A stretch of DNA of 64,000 bases, taken from assembly GCA_963780755.1 (NCBI GenBank), contig CAWACX010000001.1, forward strand, positions 467,514-531,513. The letters are read 5' to 3'. The position numbers were made by a program, and so were the translations under genes. The first letter of the stretch is position 1. Every line of letters begins with the position of its first letter. This document shows, in pieces, positions 34,745-44,844 of the stretch. The DNA is from an uncultured Acidobacteriota bacterium. GTDB taxonomy: Bacteria > Actinomycetota > Acidimicrobiia > Spongiisociales > ZC4RG35. Below the pieces are notes generated by a model, which saw nothing but the letters and a program-made list of their open reading frames with translations, made no database searches and was not told the origin of the DNA.

Positions 34745-36520
34745 GTGGCCGGCCCGACGGCTGCCCGACGTTTCAACCCCGCGGTCGCCCGCCTTGCATT
34801 GATCGGCCTTTTTCTGGTGGTGGCGTGGGGGGGAATGGCCTACCGGCTGGTCCAGGTCCAGGTCTTCCAGGCCGAGGACCTCGCCAATCAGGGGCTCTCC
34901 CAGAGGCTGGTCTCCCGGGAGCTCCCACCCCAACGAGGGAAGATCTACGACCGCAACGGCGAGTTGCTGGCGATGACCGTGGAGGCGCAGAGCCTCTACG
35001 CGGTGCCCTCCCAGGTGGAGGACCCGCTCTGGGTGGCACAGCAGGTGGGAGGGCTGCTCGGCGTCGACTCCTCGTTGCTCATGGACCGCCTGGGCTCAGA
35101 TCGGGATTTCGTCTACCTCAAGCGCCAGGTCGACCCGGTGGTCGCCGACGAGGTGCTGGCGATGGAGATCAGAGGCGTCTACGCCCTCCCCGAGCCGACC
35201 CGCGTCTACCCCGCCGGTCAGGTGGCCAGCCATGTGACGGGATTCGTGGACATCGACGGCAACGGGCAGGAGGGCCTCGAGTACGTCTACGACACCGAGT
35301 TGCGCGGCGTCGAGGGTCACGCCCTTTTCGAACGGGACCTCGATGGGCGGCCGATTCCCCAGGGGATCAGTGACATCGTCCCCGCCCAGCCCGGCGTCGA
35401 CCTCAACACCACCATCGACCTCGCCCTGCAGTACCAGGCACAACAGGCCTGCCTGGACGCCGTGGACCGGACCGAGGCCCGCTCCTGCTGGGTGGTGGTG
35501 CTGGAGGTCGAGACCGGCGCCGTCCTGGCGATGACCGGCGCTCCGGTGTTCGACCCCCAGACCCGGCAGAACGTGGATTCCAGGTGCAGTGACGCCGAAG
35601 ATCCGACCCGGTGCCTCGCTTTCTCCAATTTCGTGGTCCGGGGCCTCTATGAGCCGGGATCGACGCAAAAGCTGATCACGGTCGCCGCCGCTCTCGAAGA
35701 GGGGGAGGTCGAAGTCACCTCGGTCATCCCGGACGTGGCCGACGTCCTGGAACTGCGGGAGAACGCCTGCAGTTCGAATGATGACGACTTGTTTGGTTGC
35801 TACCGGGACTTCGATGAACACGAGACCGCCGATCTGACCGTGGCCGAGATCTTCACTCAGTCCTCGAACGTGGGGTCGATCCTGGTAGCCGAGAAACTGG
35901 GCCAGAGCCGACTCGTCTCGTACATCGAGGCCTTTGGGCTCGGCGCGAGGACCGGCATCGACTACTCGGTCGAGGCGCCCGGGCTGCTCAACTTCGAGGC
36001 CGGGTGTGAGACTTGCTGGGCTTCTGCGGCGATCGGCTACTCGGTGGCCGCCACCCCGCTCCAGATGGCCGCTGCCTATGCCGCGATCGGCAACGACGGG
36101 GTGTGGACCACTCCCCACATCGTCTCCAGCAAGACCGACCTCGACGGAAGCACCGAGGTCGCCGGTTACCAGACACGGCGTGTGGTCTCCGAAGAGACGG
36201 CGATCCTGATGCGGGAACTGCTCGCCGGGGTGGTCGACGACGGCACGGGACATAGGGCGACCATCGAGGGTTACCGGGTCGGTGGGAAGACCGGGACCGC
36301 CAACATCCTCGGCGAGGACGGCCGGTACACCGAGCTCACACGGGCCTCCTTTGTGGGCATGGCGCCGATCGACGACCCCAAGGTCGTTGTCGCCGTACTC
36401 GTCGACTCGCCGTCCTGGGACTTTCGCACCGGGGGCGCATCGGCGGCGCCGGTGTTCGCCGAGGTCATGGAACAGGCTTTGCATCGCCTCGGGGTCACTC
36501 CGGATGCCGGGCTCGGGTAG
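34745..36520 (+). CDS. ftsI: Peptidoglycan D,D-transpeptidase FtsI (class B PBP)
   Basis: N-terminal TM segment, with SxxK in GSTQKLIT, SxN in QSSNVG and KTG in GGKTGTA. Confidence 0.9.
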   Translation: MAGPTAARRFNPAVARLALIGLFLVVAWGGMAYRLVQVQVFQAEDLANQGLSQRLVSRELPPQRGKIYDRNGELLAMTVEAQSLYAVPSQVEDPLWVAQQVGGLLGVDSSLLMDRLGSDRDFVYLKRQVDPVVADEVLAMEIRGVYALPEPTRVYPAGQVASHVTGFVDIDGNGQEGLEYVYDTELRGVEGHALFERDLDGRPIPQGISDIVPAQPGVDLNTTIDLALQYQAQQACLDAVDRTEARSCWVVVLEVETGAVLAMTGAPVFDPQTRQNVDSRCSDAEDPTRCLAFSNFVVRGLYEPGSTQKLITVAAALEEGEVEVTSVIPDVADVLELRENACSSNDDDLFGCYRDFDEHETADLTVAEIFTQSSNVGSILVAEKLGQSRLVSYIEAFGLGARTGIDYSVEAPGLLNFEAGCETCWASAAIGYSVAATPLQMAAAYAAIGNDGVWTTPHIVSSKTDLDGSTEVAGYQTRRVVSEETAILMRELLAGVVDDGTGHRATIEGYRVGGKTGTANILGEDGRYTELTRASFVGMAPIDDPKVVVAVLVDSPSWDFRTGGASAAPVFAEVMEQALHRLGVTPDAGLG

Positions 36521-37994
36521 AGCCTTGGGAGACCTCGCGGCCGGTGTGGGCGGGACAGTTCGCGGCGATCCCGGGATCGTGGTCTCGGACGTCACCCACG
36601 ACTCGCGACAAGCCGGCCCTGGCGTCCTCTACGTGGCGGTGCATGGTGAGCGGCATGACGGCCACGACTTCCTCGATTCAGTGCGGGAGGCGGGCTCTGA
36701 GGCGGCAGTCGTCGACCACCCGACCTCCGTGGAGCTCACCGAGTTGGTGGTTGGCGATACCCGTCAAGTCATGGGGACGATCGCGGCGATGGTCCATGGC
36801 GAACCGTCGCGGTCGATGAGCGTGGTGGGCGTGACCGGAACCAACGGCAAGACCACGGTCACCCATTTCGTCGAGTCGATCACCGCTGGGGCAGGGCGGG
36901 TCCCCGGCCTCATCGGGACCGTGCACACCAGGGTGGGCGAGACCGCCCTGGTCTCGCAGCGCACGACCCCCGAGGCGACCGACTTCCAGCGCATCCTCGC
37001 CGAGATGCGTGATCTGGGGGCCGACGTGGTGGCTGCCGAGATCTCCTCACACGCCCTTGAGTTGGGCAGGGTCTCGGCGACCAGGTTCGAGGTCGCTGCC
37101 TTCACCAACCTCTCCCAGGACCATCTCGACTTCCACGGCGACATGGGCTCATATCGAGCGGCCAAGGAACGCCTGTTTCGGGAATACGAGGTCGGGACCT
37201 CGGTGATCAACATCGGCGATCCGGTGGGCGCCGAGATCGGGCGCTGGGCGGAAGGGCCCAAGATCCTGGTCGGTCCCGGGGGCGACGTCTGGGTGGAGGA
37301 TGTGGCCACCTCGTTCGAGGGGACGACATTCGACCTGGTGTCCGCGGGATCCCGGACCGGAGCCCGCTCTCCGCTCATCGGCGCGTTCAACGTCGAGAAC
37401 GCTCTGGTGGCGACCGGATGCTGCCTTGCCCTCGGGCTCACCATGGGCGAGATCGTTGCCGGCCTCGAGGCCCTGGGCCCGGTGCCCGGGCGGTTCGAGT
37501 TGGTCTCCGGCAACTCCGAGATCAATGTCGTTGTCGACTACGCCCACACTCCGGAGGGGATCCGGCAGGCCGTTGCCGTCGCCCGGGGTCTCTCCGCCGG
37601 CCGGGTCATCGCGGTATTCGGCGCCGGCGGCGACCGTGACCGCGAGAAGCGCCCGCTGATGGGGGCGGCGGCGTCGGCCGCCGACATCGCGGTGGCGACC
37701 AGCGACAACCCACGCTCGGAGGACCCCGATCGGATCATCGCGGAGATGCTGGAGGGTGTGGTGCCGGGGACCGTGACGCTGGTCGAGCCCGATCGGAAGC
37801 GGGCGATAGCGCTGGCCCTGGATGAGGCAATTCCCGGCGACGTGGTGCTGGTCCTGGGCAAAGGCCACGAGACCGGTCAGGAGATAAAGGGGGTTGTCCA
37901 CCCCTTCGACGACCACGAAGTGACTCGCGCCGCCCTGGCCCGCCGGCTGGATGCCACCGGATACGGAGCGGATTCAGGGAGCATGTCGCCGTGA
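36504..37994 (+). CDS. murE: UDP-N-acetylmuramoyl-L-alanyl-D-glutamate--2,6-diaminopimelate ligase
   Basis: Motifs VTHDSRQAGPGVLYVAVHGERHDGHDF, GVTGTNGKTT, DNPRSEDP and GKGHE. The start is the ATG at 36504, with the TTG at 36525 as an alternative. The track ORF from 36282 overlaps ftsI. Confidence 0.9.
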   Translation: MPGSGRALGDLAAGVGGTVRGDPGIVVSDVTHDSRQAGPGVLYVAVHGERHDGHDFLDSVREAGSEAAVVDHPTSVELTELVVGDTRQVMGTIAAMVHGEPSRSMSVVGVTGTNGKTTVTHFVESITAGAGRVPGLIGTVHTRVGETALVSQRTTPEATDFQRILAEMRDLGADVVAAEISSHALELGRVSATRFEVAAFTNLSQDHLDFHGDMGSYRAAKERLFREYEVGTSVINIGDPVGAEIGRWAEGPKILVGPGGDVWVEDVATSFEGTTFDLVSAGSRTGARSPLIGAFNVENALVATGCCLALGLTMGEIVAGLEALGPVPGRFELVSGNSEINVVVDYAHTPEGIRQAVAVARGLSAGRVIAVFGAGGDRDREKRPLMGAAASAADIAVATSDNPRSEDPDRIIAEMLEGVVPGTVTLVEPDRKRAIALALDEAIPGDVVLVLGKGHETGQEIKGVVHPFDDHEVTRAALARRLDATGYGADSGSMSP

Positions 37995-39061
37995 TCTCGT
38001 TGCTGATCGCCGCCGCCGTGAGCCTGACCGTGTCGATCTTCGGCACGCCCTATGCGATCCGCGTCTTTCGTCGCAGGGAGATCGGCCAGTTCATCCAGGA
38101 AGAGATTGCCGGCATGCATGGCCACAAGCAGGGCACTCCCACCATGGGGGGTGTGGTCTTCGTGACGGCCGCCGTGCTCGGATACCTGCTCTCACACGTT
38201 CGAGTGGTGCGCCCCGCCGGGTCGCTGGCCCTGGAATTCCTGCCTTTGAGCTCCGGGGGCCTGCTCGCCGTCTTCGCCCTCACCGGGATGGCGGTGGTCG
38301 GCCTGCTCGACGACTGGACCAAGTACTCGAACAAGCGCAGCCTGGGGTTGTCCAAGTCCGCCAAGTTCGGCGGCCAGCTGGCGATCGCCGCCCTTTTCGC
38401 CTGGGGGGCGACCTCGGCAGGCGTCGTCACCGAGATCTCCTTCGTCCGCCCGTTGGGGATCGACCTCGGCGCCTTCTTCGTGATCTGGGTCCTGATCATG
38501 CTCACCGGTGCCGCCAACGGGGTGAACCTGGCCGACGGGATGGATGGCCTCGCCGCCGGGTCCTCCGCCCTGGTGGTGGCGTCCTACACCGTCATCGCCT
38601 TTTGGCAGTTCCGCAACCAGCCACCGTTCCGGGTCCCGGGCGTGTACGAGGCGGTGGATCCGCTCGAGCTGGCCATTGTCTCCGCGGCGATGTTCGGAGC
38701 GATCCTCGGCTTTCTCTGGTGGAATGCCCCACCGGCGAAGATCAATATGGGTGACGTGGGGTCCCAGGGCATCGGAGGCCTGCTCGCAGCACTTGCCTTG
38801 CTCACCAACACCAATCTGCTGTTGGTGATCCTGGGTGCGATCTTCGTGGCCGAGACGATCTCGGTGATGCTCCAAGTGGCCAGCTTCAAGCTGTTCGGTA
38901 AACGGATCTTCCGAATGTCGCCCTTGCACTATCACTTCGACCTCGGGGGTTGGCCGGAGACCACGGTGGTGATCAGGTTCTGGATCCTCACCGCCCTCGG
39001 CGTCGCACTCGGGCTCGGGTTCTTCTATGGCGACTTCCTCATCCTGGAGGGGGTCCTGTGA
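37991..39061 (+). CDS. mraY: Phospho-N-acetylmuramoyl-pentapeptide transferase
   Basis: 356-aa polytopic protein with HKQGTPTMGGVVF and NGVNLADGMDGLA. Its GTG start overlaps the murE stop as GTGA. Confidence 0.9.
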   Translation: MISLLIAAAVSLTVSIFGTPYAIRVFRRREIGQFIQEEIAGMHGHKQGTPTMGGVVFVTAAVLGYLLSHVRVVRPAGSLALEFLPLSSGGLLAVFALTGMAVVGLLDDWTKYSNKRSLGLSKSAKFGGQLAIAALFAWGATSAGVVTEISFVRPLGIDLGAFFVIWVLIMLTGAANGVNLADGMDGLAAGSSALVVASYTVIAFWQFRNQPPFRVPGVYEAVDPLELAIVSAAMFGAILGFLWWNAPPAKINMGDVGSQGIGGLLAALALLTNTNLLLVILGAIFVAETISVMLQVASFKLFGKRIFRMSPLHYHFDLGGWPETTVVIRFWILTALGVALGLGFFYGDFLILEGVL

Positions 39062-40344
39062 ACCGGTTACTGGTCCTGGGCGCCGGGATCTCCGGTCGGG
39101 CCGCCGGTCGGCTGGCCCGGAATCGGGGGATGTCGGTGACACTGTTCTCCGAGGACTCGTCGCCAGAAGCGATGGAAGAGGGCTTTCCGGTCGCCGGTGG
39201 GAAGTGGGACCCGGTCCTCCTCACCGGAGTGGACCTGGTGGTGGCCAGCCCCGGGTTCTCCGAGCGGTCCCTGCCGGTGGTCGAGTCGTTGGAGTCGGGG
39301 CTCCCGGTGTGGAGTGAGATCGAGTTCGCATGGCACCACCTCACCAAGCCGGTGGCCGCGGTGACCGGGACCAACGGCAAGACGACCGTCACCGAGGCAA
39401 CCTCGGCGATGCTCGCTGCCTCAGGGTTGGATGCCCCGGCCACGGGGAACATCGGCATGCCGTTGTCTGACTTCGTCGACGAGCCCGCGGACGCGCTGGT
39501 GGTCGAGGTCTCCAGCTTCCAACTTCGCTTCATCGACAGCTTCCATCCCGTCGCCGCGGCCATCACCAACGTCGCCGCCGACCACCTCGATTGGCATGGT
39601 TCGGAGGCGTCTTACCGGGAGGCCAAGTCCCGGATCTTCCTCAACCAGGTCGAGGACGACCTTCTGGTCTTCGATGCCGACGATCCGGGGGCTTCGGACA
39701 TCGTCGTCGGGGCGCGCGGCGAGGTGTTTCCGGTGTCGGGCAGGCGGCTCCCACCAGGGGGCGGCGGGGTCAGCGGCGGGGACCTGTTGATCGGCGAGGT
39801 GGCGATCGCCATCGACGACCTCGCCTCTGCCGACCCGATCCACCTCGTGGACCTTGCGATCTCGGCGGCCCTTGCCCTCAGGATGGGCGCCAGCGCCGAG
39901 GGAGTCACCACCGCGGCCCGCTCGTTCACTCCTGGGCTCCATCGGCGGGAGGCGATCTTGATCATGGACGGTGTTCGCTGGGTGGACGACTCGAAGGCGA
40001 CGAACCCGCATGCTGCGATCGCCTCGATCCGCTCTCACGATTCGGTGGTCCTCATTGGTGGCGGGCTCGCCAAAGGGCTCGATCTGGCCCCCATCGCCCG
40101 CGAGCCCAACCTGAAAGCCGTGATCGGCATCGGGGAGGACGGCCCGGCCCTGGTGGAGGCTGCCGGGGATCGTGGGCATTTGGCCGGGACCTTGGAGGCC
40201 GCCGTCGACTTGGCTCTCGAGCTCGCCACGCCCGGGGACACTGTGTTGCTCGCCCCCGGCTGCGCCAGCTTCGATCAATTCGCCTCATACGCCGAGCGCG
40301 GGGAACGGTTCGCTGCCCTGGTGGGGGCGGAGGCCAGGGGATGA
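39058..40344 (+). CDS. murD: UDP-N-acetylmuramoylalanine--D-glutamate ligase
   Basis: The GTG at 39058 gives VNRLLVLGAGISGRAAG. Further matches are VTGTNGKTTV and a DDSKATNPHAA segment. Confidence 0.9.
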   Translation: MNRLLVLGAGISGRAAGRLARNRGMSVTLFSEDSSPEAMEEGFPVAGGKWDPVLLTGVDLVVASPGFSERSLPVVESLESGLPVWSEIEFAWHHLTKPVAAVTGTNGKTTVTEATSAMLAASGLDAPATGNIGMPLSDFVDEPADALVVEVSSFQLRFIDSFHPVAAAITNVAADHLDWHGSEASYREAKSRIFLNQVEDDLLVFDADDPGASDIVVGARGEVFPVSGRRLPPGGGGVSGGDLLIGEVAIAIDDLASADPIHLVDLAISAALALRMGASAEGVTTAARSFTPGLHRREAILIMDGVRWVDDSKATNPHAAIASIRSHDSVVLIGGGLAKGLDLAPIAREPNLKAVIGIGEDGPALVEAAGDRGHLAGTLEAAVDLALELATPGDTVLLAPGCASFDQFASYAERGERFAALVGAEARG

Positions 40345-41515
40345 AAAACGTGACTGCGAGCGTGACTTCCATTGCGGGCTCCCGGGCTGCCGCACGCGAC
40401 CGCGACGAGTTGATGAAGGTCAACAACCGCACCGCAACCATCCTCCTGGTCCTGGTCGTGGTCCTCGTGGTCGTCGGCCTCGGGGCCACGCAGTCGGCAT
40501 CATCGGCAGTCGCGAATCGACCAGGCACAGGATCGCTTCTACTACTTCAAGCGGCAGCTGCTCGGGGTGGGCATCGGCACCATTGCCCTCCTTCTGGCAA
40601 GCCGCATCCCCTACCGGGTCTACCGCCGCATCGCCATCCCCGCGTTCCTGGGAACTATCGCGCTGCTGGTGGCGGTCCTGGCGGTTGGCCCCGAGATCGG
40701 CGGCGCTCGGCGCTGGCTTCCCGTGGCCGGCTTCAGCTTCCAGCCCTCGGAACTGGCCAAGGTCACGGTGGTCTTCGCCCTCGCCTACCTACTCGAGAAG
40801 AAGCACAAGCTCCTCGACCGCTTCGGTCATTTCATGGTCCCCGTGGTCTTCATCGTCGGGACCGTGGGCGTGCTCGTGATGCGACAGCCCGACTTGGGCA
40901 CCCTGATCATCATCGGCGCCGCCGCGATGGCCGTGATCCTGGCTTCCGACGCACCGCTGCGGTACGTGGCGTTCCTGGCGATCATGGCCATTCTCGCGGT
41001 GGCGGTGCTCTCGTTCAGCGATGGGTATCGCGCCGACCGCATCGTCGGGTTCCTCGACCCGTGGGGCAACTCCAGCGGCGAGGGGTATCAGCTCATCCAG
41101 AGCTACTACGCCCTGTCGAACGGCGGCATCTTCGGGGTCGGGTTGGGGGCGAGCCGGGCCCGCTGGTTCTACCTCCCCAATGCCCACACCGACTTCATCT
41201 TCGCCATCATCGGCGAGGAGACCGGGCTGGTCGGCGCGCTCGCGGTGGTCGGCCTCTTCGTCGCCCTCGCGATCACCGGGTTGGACAGTGACCCTTCGAG
41301 CCCCGGACCGGTTCGGGAGGATGGTCGCCGCAGGGATAACGGTCTGGCTCTCGTTCCAGGCATTGGTCAACATCGGCGGCGTGCTCGGTGTGCTCCCGAT
41401 AACCGGCATCGCCCTGCCCTTCATCTCGTTCGGCAGCACCGCCCTGATCGCCTGCATGGGGGCCATGGGGGTCCTGGTCAACATTGCCCAGTCTGGAGTC
41501 ACCCTGAAGCGATGA
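40341..41515 (+). pseudogene. ftsW: SEDS peptidoglycan glycosyltransferase FtsW, read through three frames (breaks near 40512-40522 and 41281-41296)
   Basis: The N-terminus MKNVTAS...QSASSAVANR is in the frame of the ATG at 40341. The middle part DRFYYFKRQLLGVGIG...IFAIIGEETGLVGALAVV is in the next frame. The C-terminus LRAPDRFGRMVAAGITVWLSFQALVNIGGVLGVLPITGIALPFISFGSTA is in the third frame. GC3 tracks each switch, and the span is 3n+2. Confidence 0.85.
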
Positions 41516-42595
41516 GCTTCGTGATCGCCGCCGCGGGGACCGGGGGTCATGTCTTCCCCGGCTTGGCGGTGGGTGAGTCGCTGATCGATCTCGGTGTCGG
41601 CCGTGACGACGTCCTCTTCGTCGGGGGCGATCGGCTCGAGGCCACGGTCTACCCGGACGAGGGTTTTCCCTTCCTCCAGGTGGAGATGCGTGGGCTGCGC
41701 CGCTCCCTCTCCGCCAGGAACCTGGACTGCCCCGTGTCGTGCTCCAGGCCCACGACGCCGATCGAGGCGGCGATGGAAGAGCGCAAAGTAAGAGTGGCCC
41801 TGGCCATGGGCGGCTACATCACCATCCCGGCCGGGCTCGCGGCGCGCAAGTCGGGTGTCCCCTTGATGCTTGCCGAGCAGAACGCACGGGCCGGGCTCGC
41901 CAACCGGGTCGCCTCACGATGGGCTTCTCGCACCTTCACTTCATTTCCGGCCACCGAGGGCCTGGAGCGAGGGGAGTGGGTCGGGAACCCGGTGCGCCGG
42001 GCATTGGCCGATCTCGACAAGTCCCAGGCTCGCCCGTCGGCACTCGCCCGATACGAGATGGATCCAGGGCTTCCCACCCTGGGGGTCGTCGGGAGGGTCG
42101 CTCGGTGCAGGCGTGATCAACGATGCGGTGGGGCGGATGCTGGAGGAGTGGGACGGCCCGCCGATCCAGGTCATCCACGTCACCGGGCCGTCGCATCTGG
42201 AGGCCATGGAGACGATGAAACCGAGGATGGGCGTGGTCTGGCATCGGATGGGCTTCGAGGACCGCATGGACCTCTTCTACGCCGCCTCCGATCTGGTGGT
42301 GGCCAGGGCCGGGGGAGCGGTCGCCGAGCTGACCGCCACAGCGACGCCTTCCGTGCTGGTGCCTGGCGAGTTCGCGGCAGGCGGGCATCAGTCGGCCAAC
42401 GCCGGGATTCATCTCGGATTCGGGTGCGCGCACTGGTGGTCAAGGAGATCGAGCTGGCAACGCTGACCGATGTCATCTACCAGTCCCTCTTCGACCCGGC
42501 CGTCCTCCATCGGATGAGTGAGGCCGCTCGCCTGCGTCGGGAAGCCCGAAGCGTCAGGAACCATCGCCGGAGCGATGATCGAGGCTGCGGGATGA
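41512..42595 (+). pseudogene. murG: Lipid II synthase MurG, four frame breaks (near 42091-42097, 42407, 42429 and 42529)
   Basis: The repaired reading is MSFVIAAAGTGGHVFPG...LPTLGVVG|GSLGAGVINDAV...GGHQSANAG|FISDSGA|ALVVKEIELATL...MSEAA|ACVGKPEASGTIAGAMIEAAG*. Each junction needs one skipped nucleotide. The final stop forms an ATGA with the murC start. The span is 3n+1. Confidence 0.85.
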
Positions 42596-43950
42596 GACTC
42601 GAGCACGAGACGATCCACCTGGTGGGGGCGGGTGGAGCAGGGATGAGTGCCATCGCCAGGGTCCTGGTGGGGATGGGGCATCGGGTCTCCGGGTCTGACC
42701 TGCGGGGAGGGGCCAGTCTCGACCGGCTTGCCGACCTCGGCATGGCCACCGGCACCGGGCATCATCCCGAATTGGCGTTGGAGGCGGACCTCGTCGTCGC
42801 CTCTTCAGCCGTGCCCGAGCGTGATCCCGAGCTGGTGGCTGCCGCCGACGCCGGCATCACGGTGTGGCGCCGACCGGAGCTGCTCGAGGCGCTGACCAGG
42901 CTCCTGCCCACGATCGGGGCCACCGGGACCCACGGGAAGACCACCACAACCGCGCTTCTCATCGCCGGCCTGCGTGCGACGGGGGCCGACCCCTCATTCA
43001 TCGTCGGGGGCGACCTCGCCGATCTCAACACCAACGGCCATTACGGACGCGATCCGTTGCTGGTGCTGGAGGCGGACGAGGCGTTCCGCACCTTCGAACA
43101 ACTCGAGCTCGTCGGCCTGGTCGTGACCAATGTCGAGCCGGAGCACATCGAGCATTTTGGCTCCACCGATGACCTCCTCGAGAGCTTCTCGGAGGTCGCC
43201 GCCGGCGTCGACGGGCCTGTGGTGGCCTGTTCGGACGACCCCGGAGGTGCGGAAGTGGCGCGCCGGGTCGGAGCGGTCACCTACGGCATGGCGGCGGACG
43301 CCACCTGGCGCATCAGGGACTTCAAACCGTCTCAGGGAGGCAGCAGGTTCATTCTCGAGTGGCCTCGCGGCGAGACCGAAGTCCGACTGCAGCGGCCCGG
43401 CGCGCACAACGCGCGCAACGCCGCCGGCGCCTTGGCCCTCCTCGGTGCTCTGGGCCACGACGTGGCCGCGGCTGCTGGCGGCCTGGCATCCTTTCATGGC
43501 GTGGGCAGGCGTTGGGAGCACCGGGGTTACGTGGCCGGGGTGACTCTCATCGACGACTACGCCCATCATCCAACCGAGGTGACCGCCACCATCGAGGCTT
43601 CGGCGGGCCTGGTCCCGGGGCGGGTGTGGGCCGTGTTCCAGCCCCACCTCTACAGCAGGACCGAGCGCTTCCACGACGAGTTCGGTGCGGCGCTGAGCCG
43701 GGCCGACGTGGTGGTGGTGACCGACGTCTTCGGCTCGCGGGAGGAGCCGGTTCCCGGCGTGACCGGGGAGTTGGTCGCCGAGGCAGTGCGCCGCCGGGGG
43801 ACCGAGGTCCATTACCTCGCCCACAAGTCCGAACTGGCGCGTTTCGTCGCCGACCGGGTCGCGTCGGGCGACCTGGTGCTGACAATGGGAGCCGGAGACA
43901 TCACCGTCGTCCCCACCGAGATGGCGTCGCTGCTCGCTTTGCGCCGATGA
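42592..43950 (+). CDS. murC: UDP-N-acetylmuramate--L-alanine ligase
   Basis: MRLEHETIHLVGAGGAGMSAIARVL, GTHGKTTTT and DDYAHHPTE. The reading frame is intact within the long 40567..43950 track ORF. Confidence 0.9.
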   Translation: MRLEHETIHLVGAGGAGMSAIARVLVGMGHRVSGSDLRGGASLDRLADLGMATGTGHHPELALEADLVVASSAVPERDPELVAAADAGITVWRRPELLEALTRLLPTIGATGTHGKTTTTALLIAGLRATGADPSFIVGGDLADLNTNGHYGRDPLLVLEADEAFRTFEQLELVGLVVTNVEPEHIEHFGSTDDLLESFSEVAAGVDGPVVACSDDPGGAEVARRVGAVTYGMAADATWRIRDFKPSQGGSRFILEWPRGETEVRLQRPGAHNARNAAGALALLGALGHDVAAAAGGLASFHGVGRRWEHRGYVAGVTLIDDYAHHPTEVTATIEASAGLVPGRVWAVFQPHLYSRTERFHDEFGAALSRADVVVVTDVFGSREEPVPGVTGELVAEAVRRRGTEVHYLAHKSELARFVADRVASGDLVLTMGAGDITVVPTEMASLLALRR

Positions 43951-43962
43951 ACTCTCCCAGAT

Positions 43963-44844
43963 CTGGCTGACCGGGGCCTGATCGAGCGGGACGTCCCTCT
44001 CGGGCCCTACACCACCTACAAGTCGGGGGGGCCCGCCCGCTACTTCGCGGTGTGTGAGGACATGGACGCGTTGGGCCTGATCGGCGCCAGCGGGGCCGCG
44101 GAAGAGATGCCGGTGCTGGTGGTGGGACGGGGCTCCAACCTGGTGGTCGCCGATCGCGGCTTTCCCGGGCTGGTGTTGCGGTTGGGAGCAGGGTTCTCCG
44201 GGATCGAGGTCAGCGAAGAGCTGGTGACCGCGGGCGGGGCGGCGTCATTGGCGAGGGTGGCCCGAAGCGCGGTCGAAGCGGGGCGAACCGGGCTCGAGTT
44301 CTTCGTCGGCGTCCCGGGGTCGGTCGGAGGGGCGGTGCGCCAGAACGCGGGATGTTTCGGCTCCGAGACCCGGGACCGGCTGGTCCGGGCCTCCGTATTC
44401 GACTTGCGAGGTGGAGCGACGTCCGACCGTGAGATCGACGAGCTCGACCTCTCGTACCGTCACTCCAATCTGAGGCCGACGGAAGTCGTCATCGGGGCGC
44501 TCTTCGAGACGGATCCTGGCGATGTCGAATCCGGGCTCGCCGAGATGAAGCGGATCACGCGATGGAGGAGGGACAACCAGCCCGGGGGAACGCTCAATGC
44601 CGGGAGCGTTTTCAAAAACCCTATTGGTGGGACGGCCGGCCAGATCATCGACGGTCTTGGCCTCAAGGGGCTTCGCGTCGGTGAGGTCAGTGTTTCCGAG
44701 AGGCACGCCAATTTCTTCGTGGCCGGGGCCGGAGCGAACTCCGAGGACATCATGGCCCTGGTCATCCTCGTGAAAGACCGCGTGTTCGAGGAGACGGGAA
44801 CCATCCTTGAGCCCGAGATCCAGTTCGTGGGGTTCGACGAGTGA
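43963..44844 (+). CDS. murB: UDP-N-acetylenolpyruvoylglucosamine reductase MurB; start unresolved
   Basis: Conserved sequence (LADRGLIERDVPLGPYTTYKSGGPARYF) extends upstream of the track start at 44050. That stretch holds no in-frame ATG, GTG or TTG, only a CTG at 43963. An ATG at 43947 overlaps the murC stop as ATGA but is one frame off. Either CTG is the start or there is another +1 break near 43950-43965. Confidence 0.8.
   Translation: MADRGLIERDVPLGPYTTYKSGGPARYFAVCEDMDALGLIGASGAAEEMPVLVVGRGSNLVVADRGFPGLVLRLGAGFSGIEVSEELVTAGGAASLARVARSAVEAGRTGLEFFVGVPGSVGGAVRQNAGCFGSETRDRLVRASVFDLRGGATSDREIDELDLSYRHSNLRPTEVVIGALFETDPGDVESGLAEMKRITRWRRDNQPGGTLNAGSVFKNPIGGTAGQIIDGLGLKGLRVGEVSVSERHANFFVAGAGANSEDIMALVILVKDRVFEETGTILEPEIQFVGFDE

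Noticed and set aside
41725-41761. Possible compensated frameshift pair inside murG. The alternative reading LPRVVLQAHDA aligns better, by eye, with the MurG helix preceding the MGGY motif than CPVSCSRPTTP does.
   Set aside because: It would require one deletion followed by one insertion 33 nt later. Both frames have high GC3, the overall length is unchanged, and I cannot align rigorously without tools.
40567-43950. A 1127-aa track ORF that looks like a giant FtsW-MurG-MurC fusion protein.
   Set aside because: It is a single frame that happens to lack stop codons in high-GC DNA. Only its FtsW middle part, MurG N-terminal half and the whole of MurC read as real protein. The intervening stretches are Arg/Gly/Pro-rich off-frame sequence, and the true continuations lie in the neighbouring frames.
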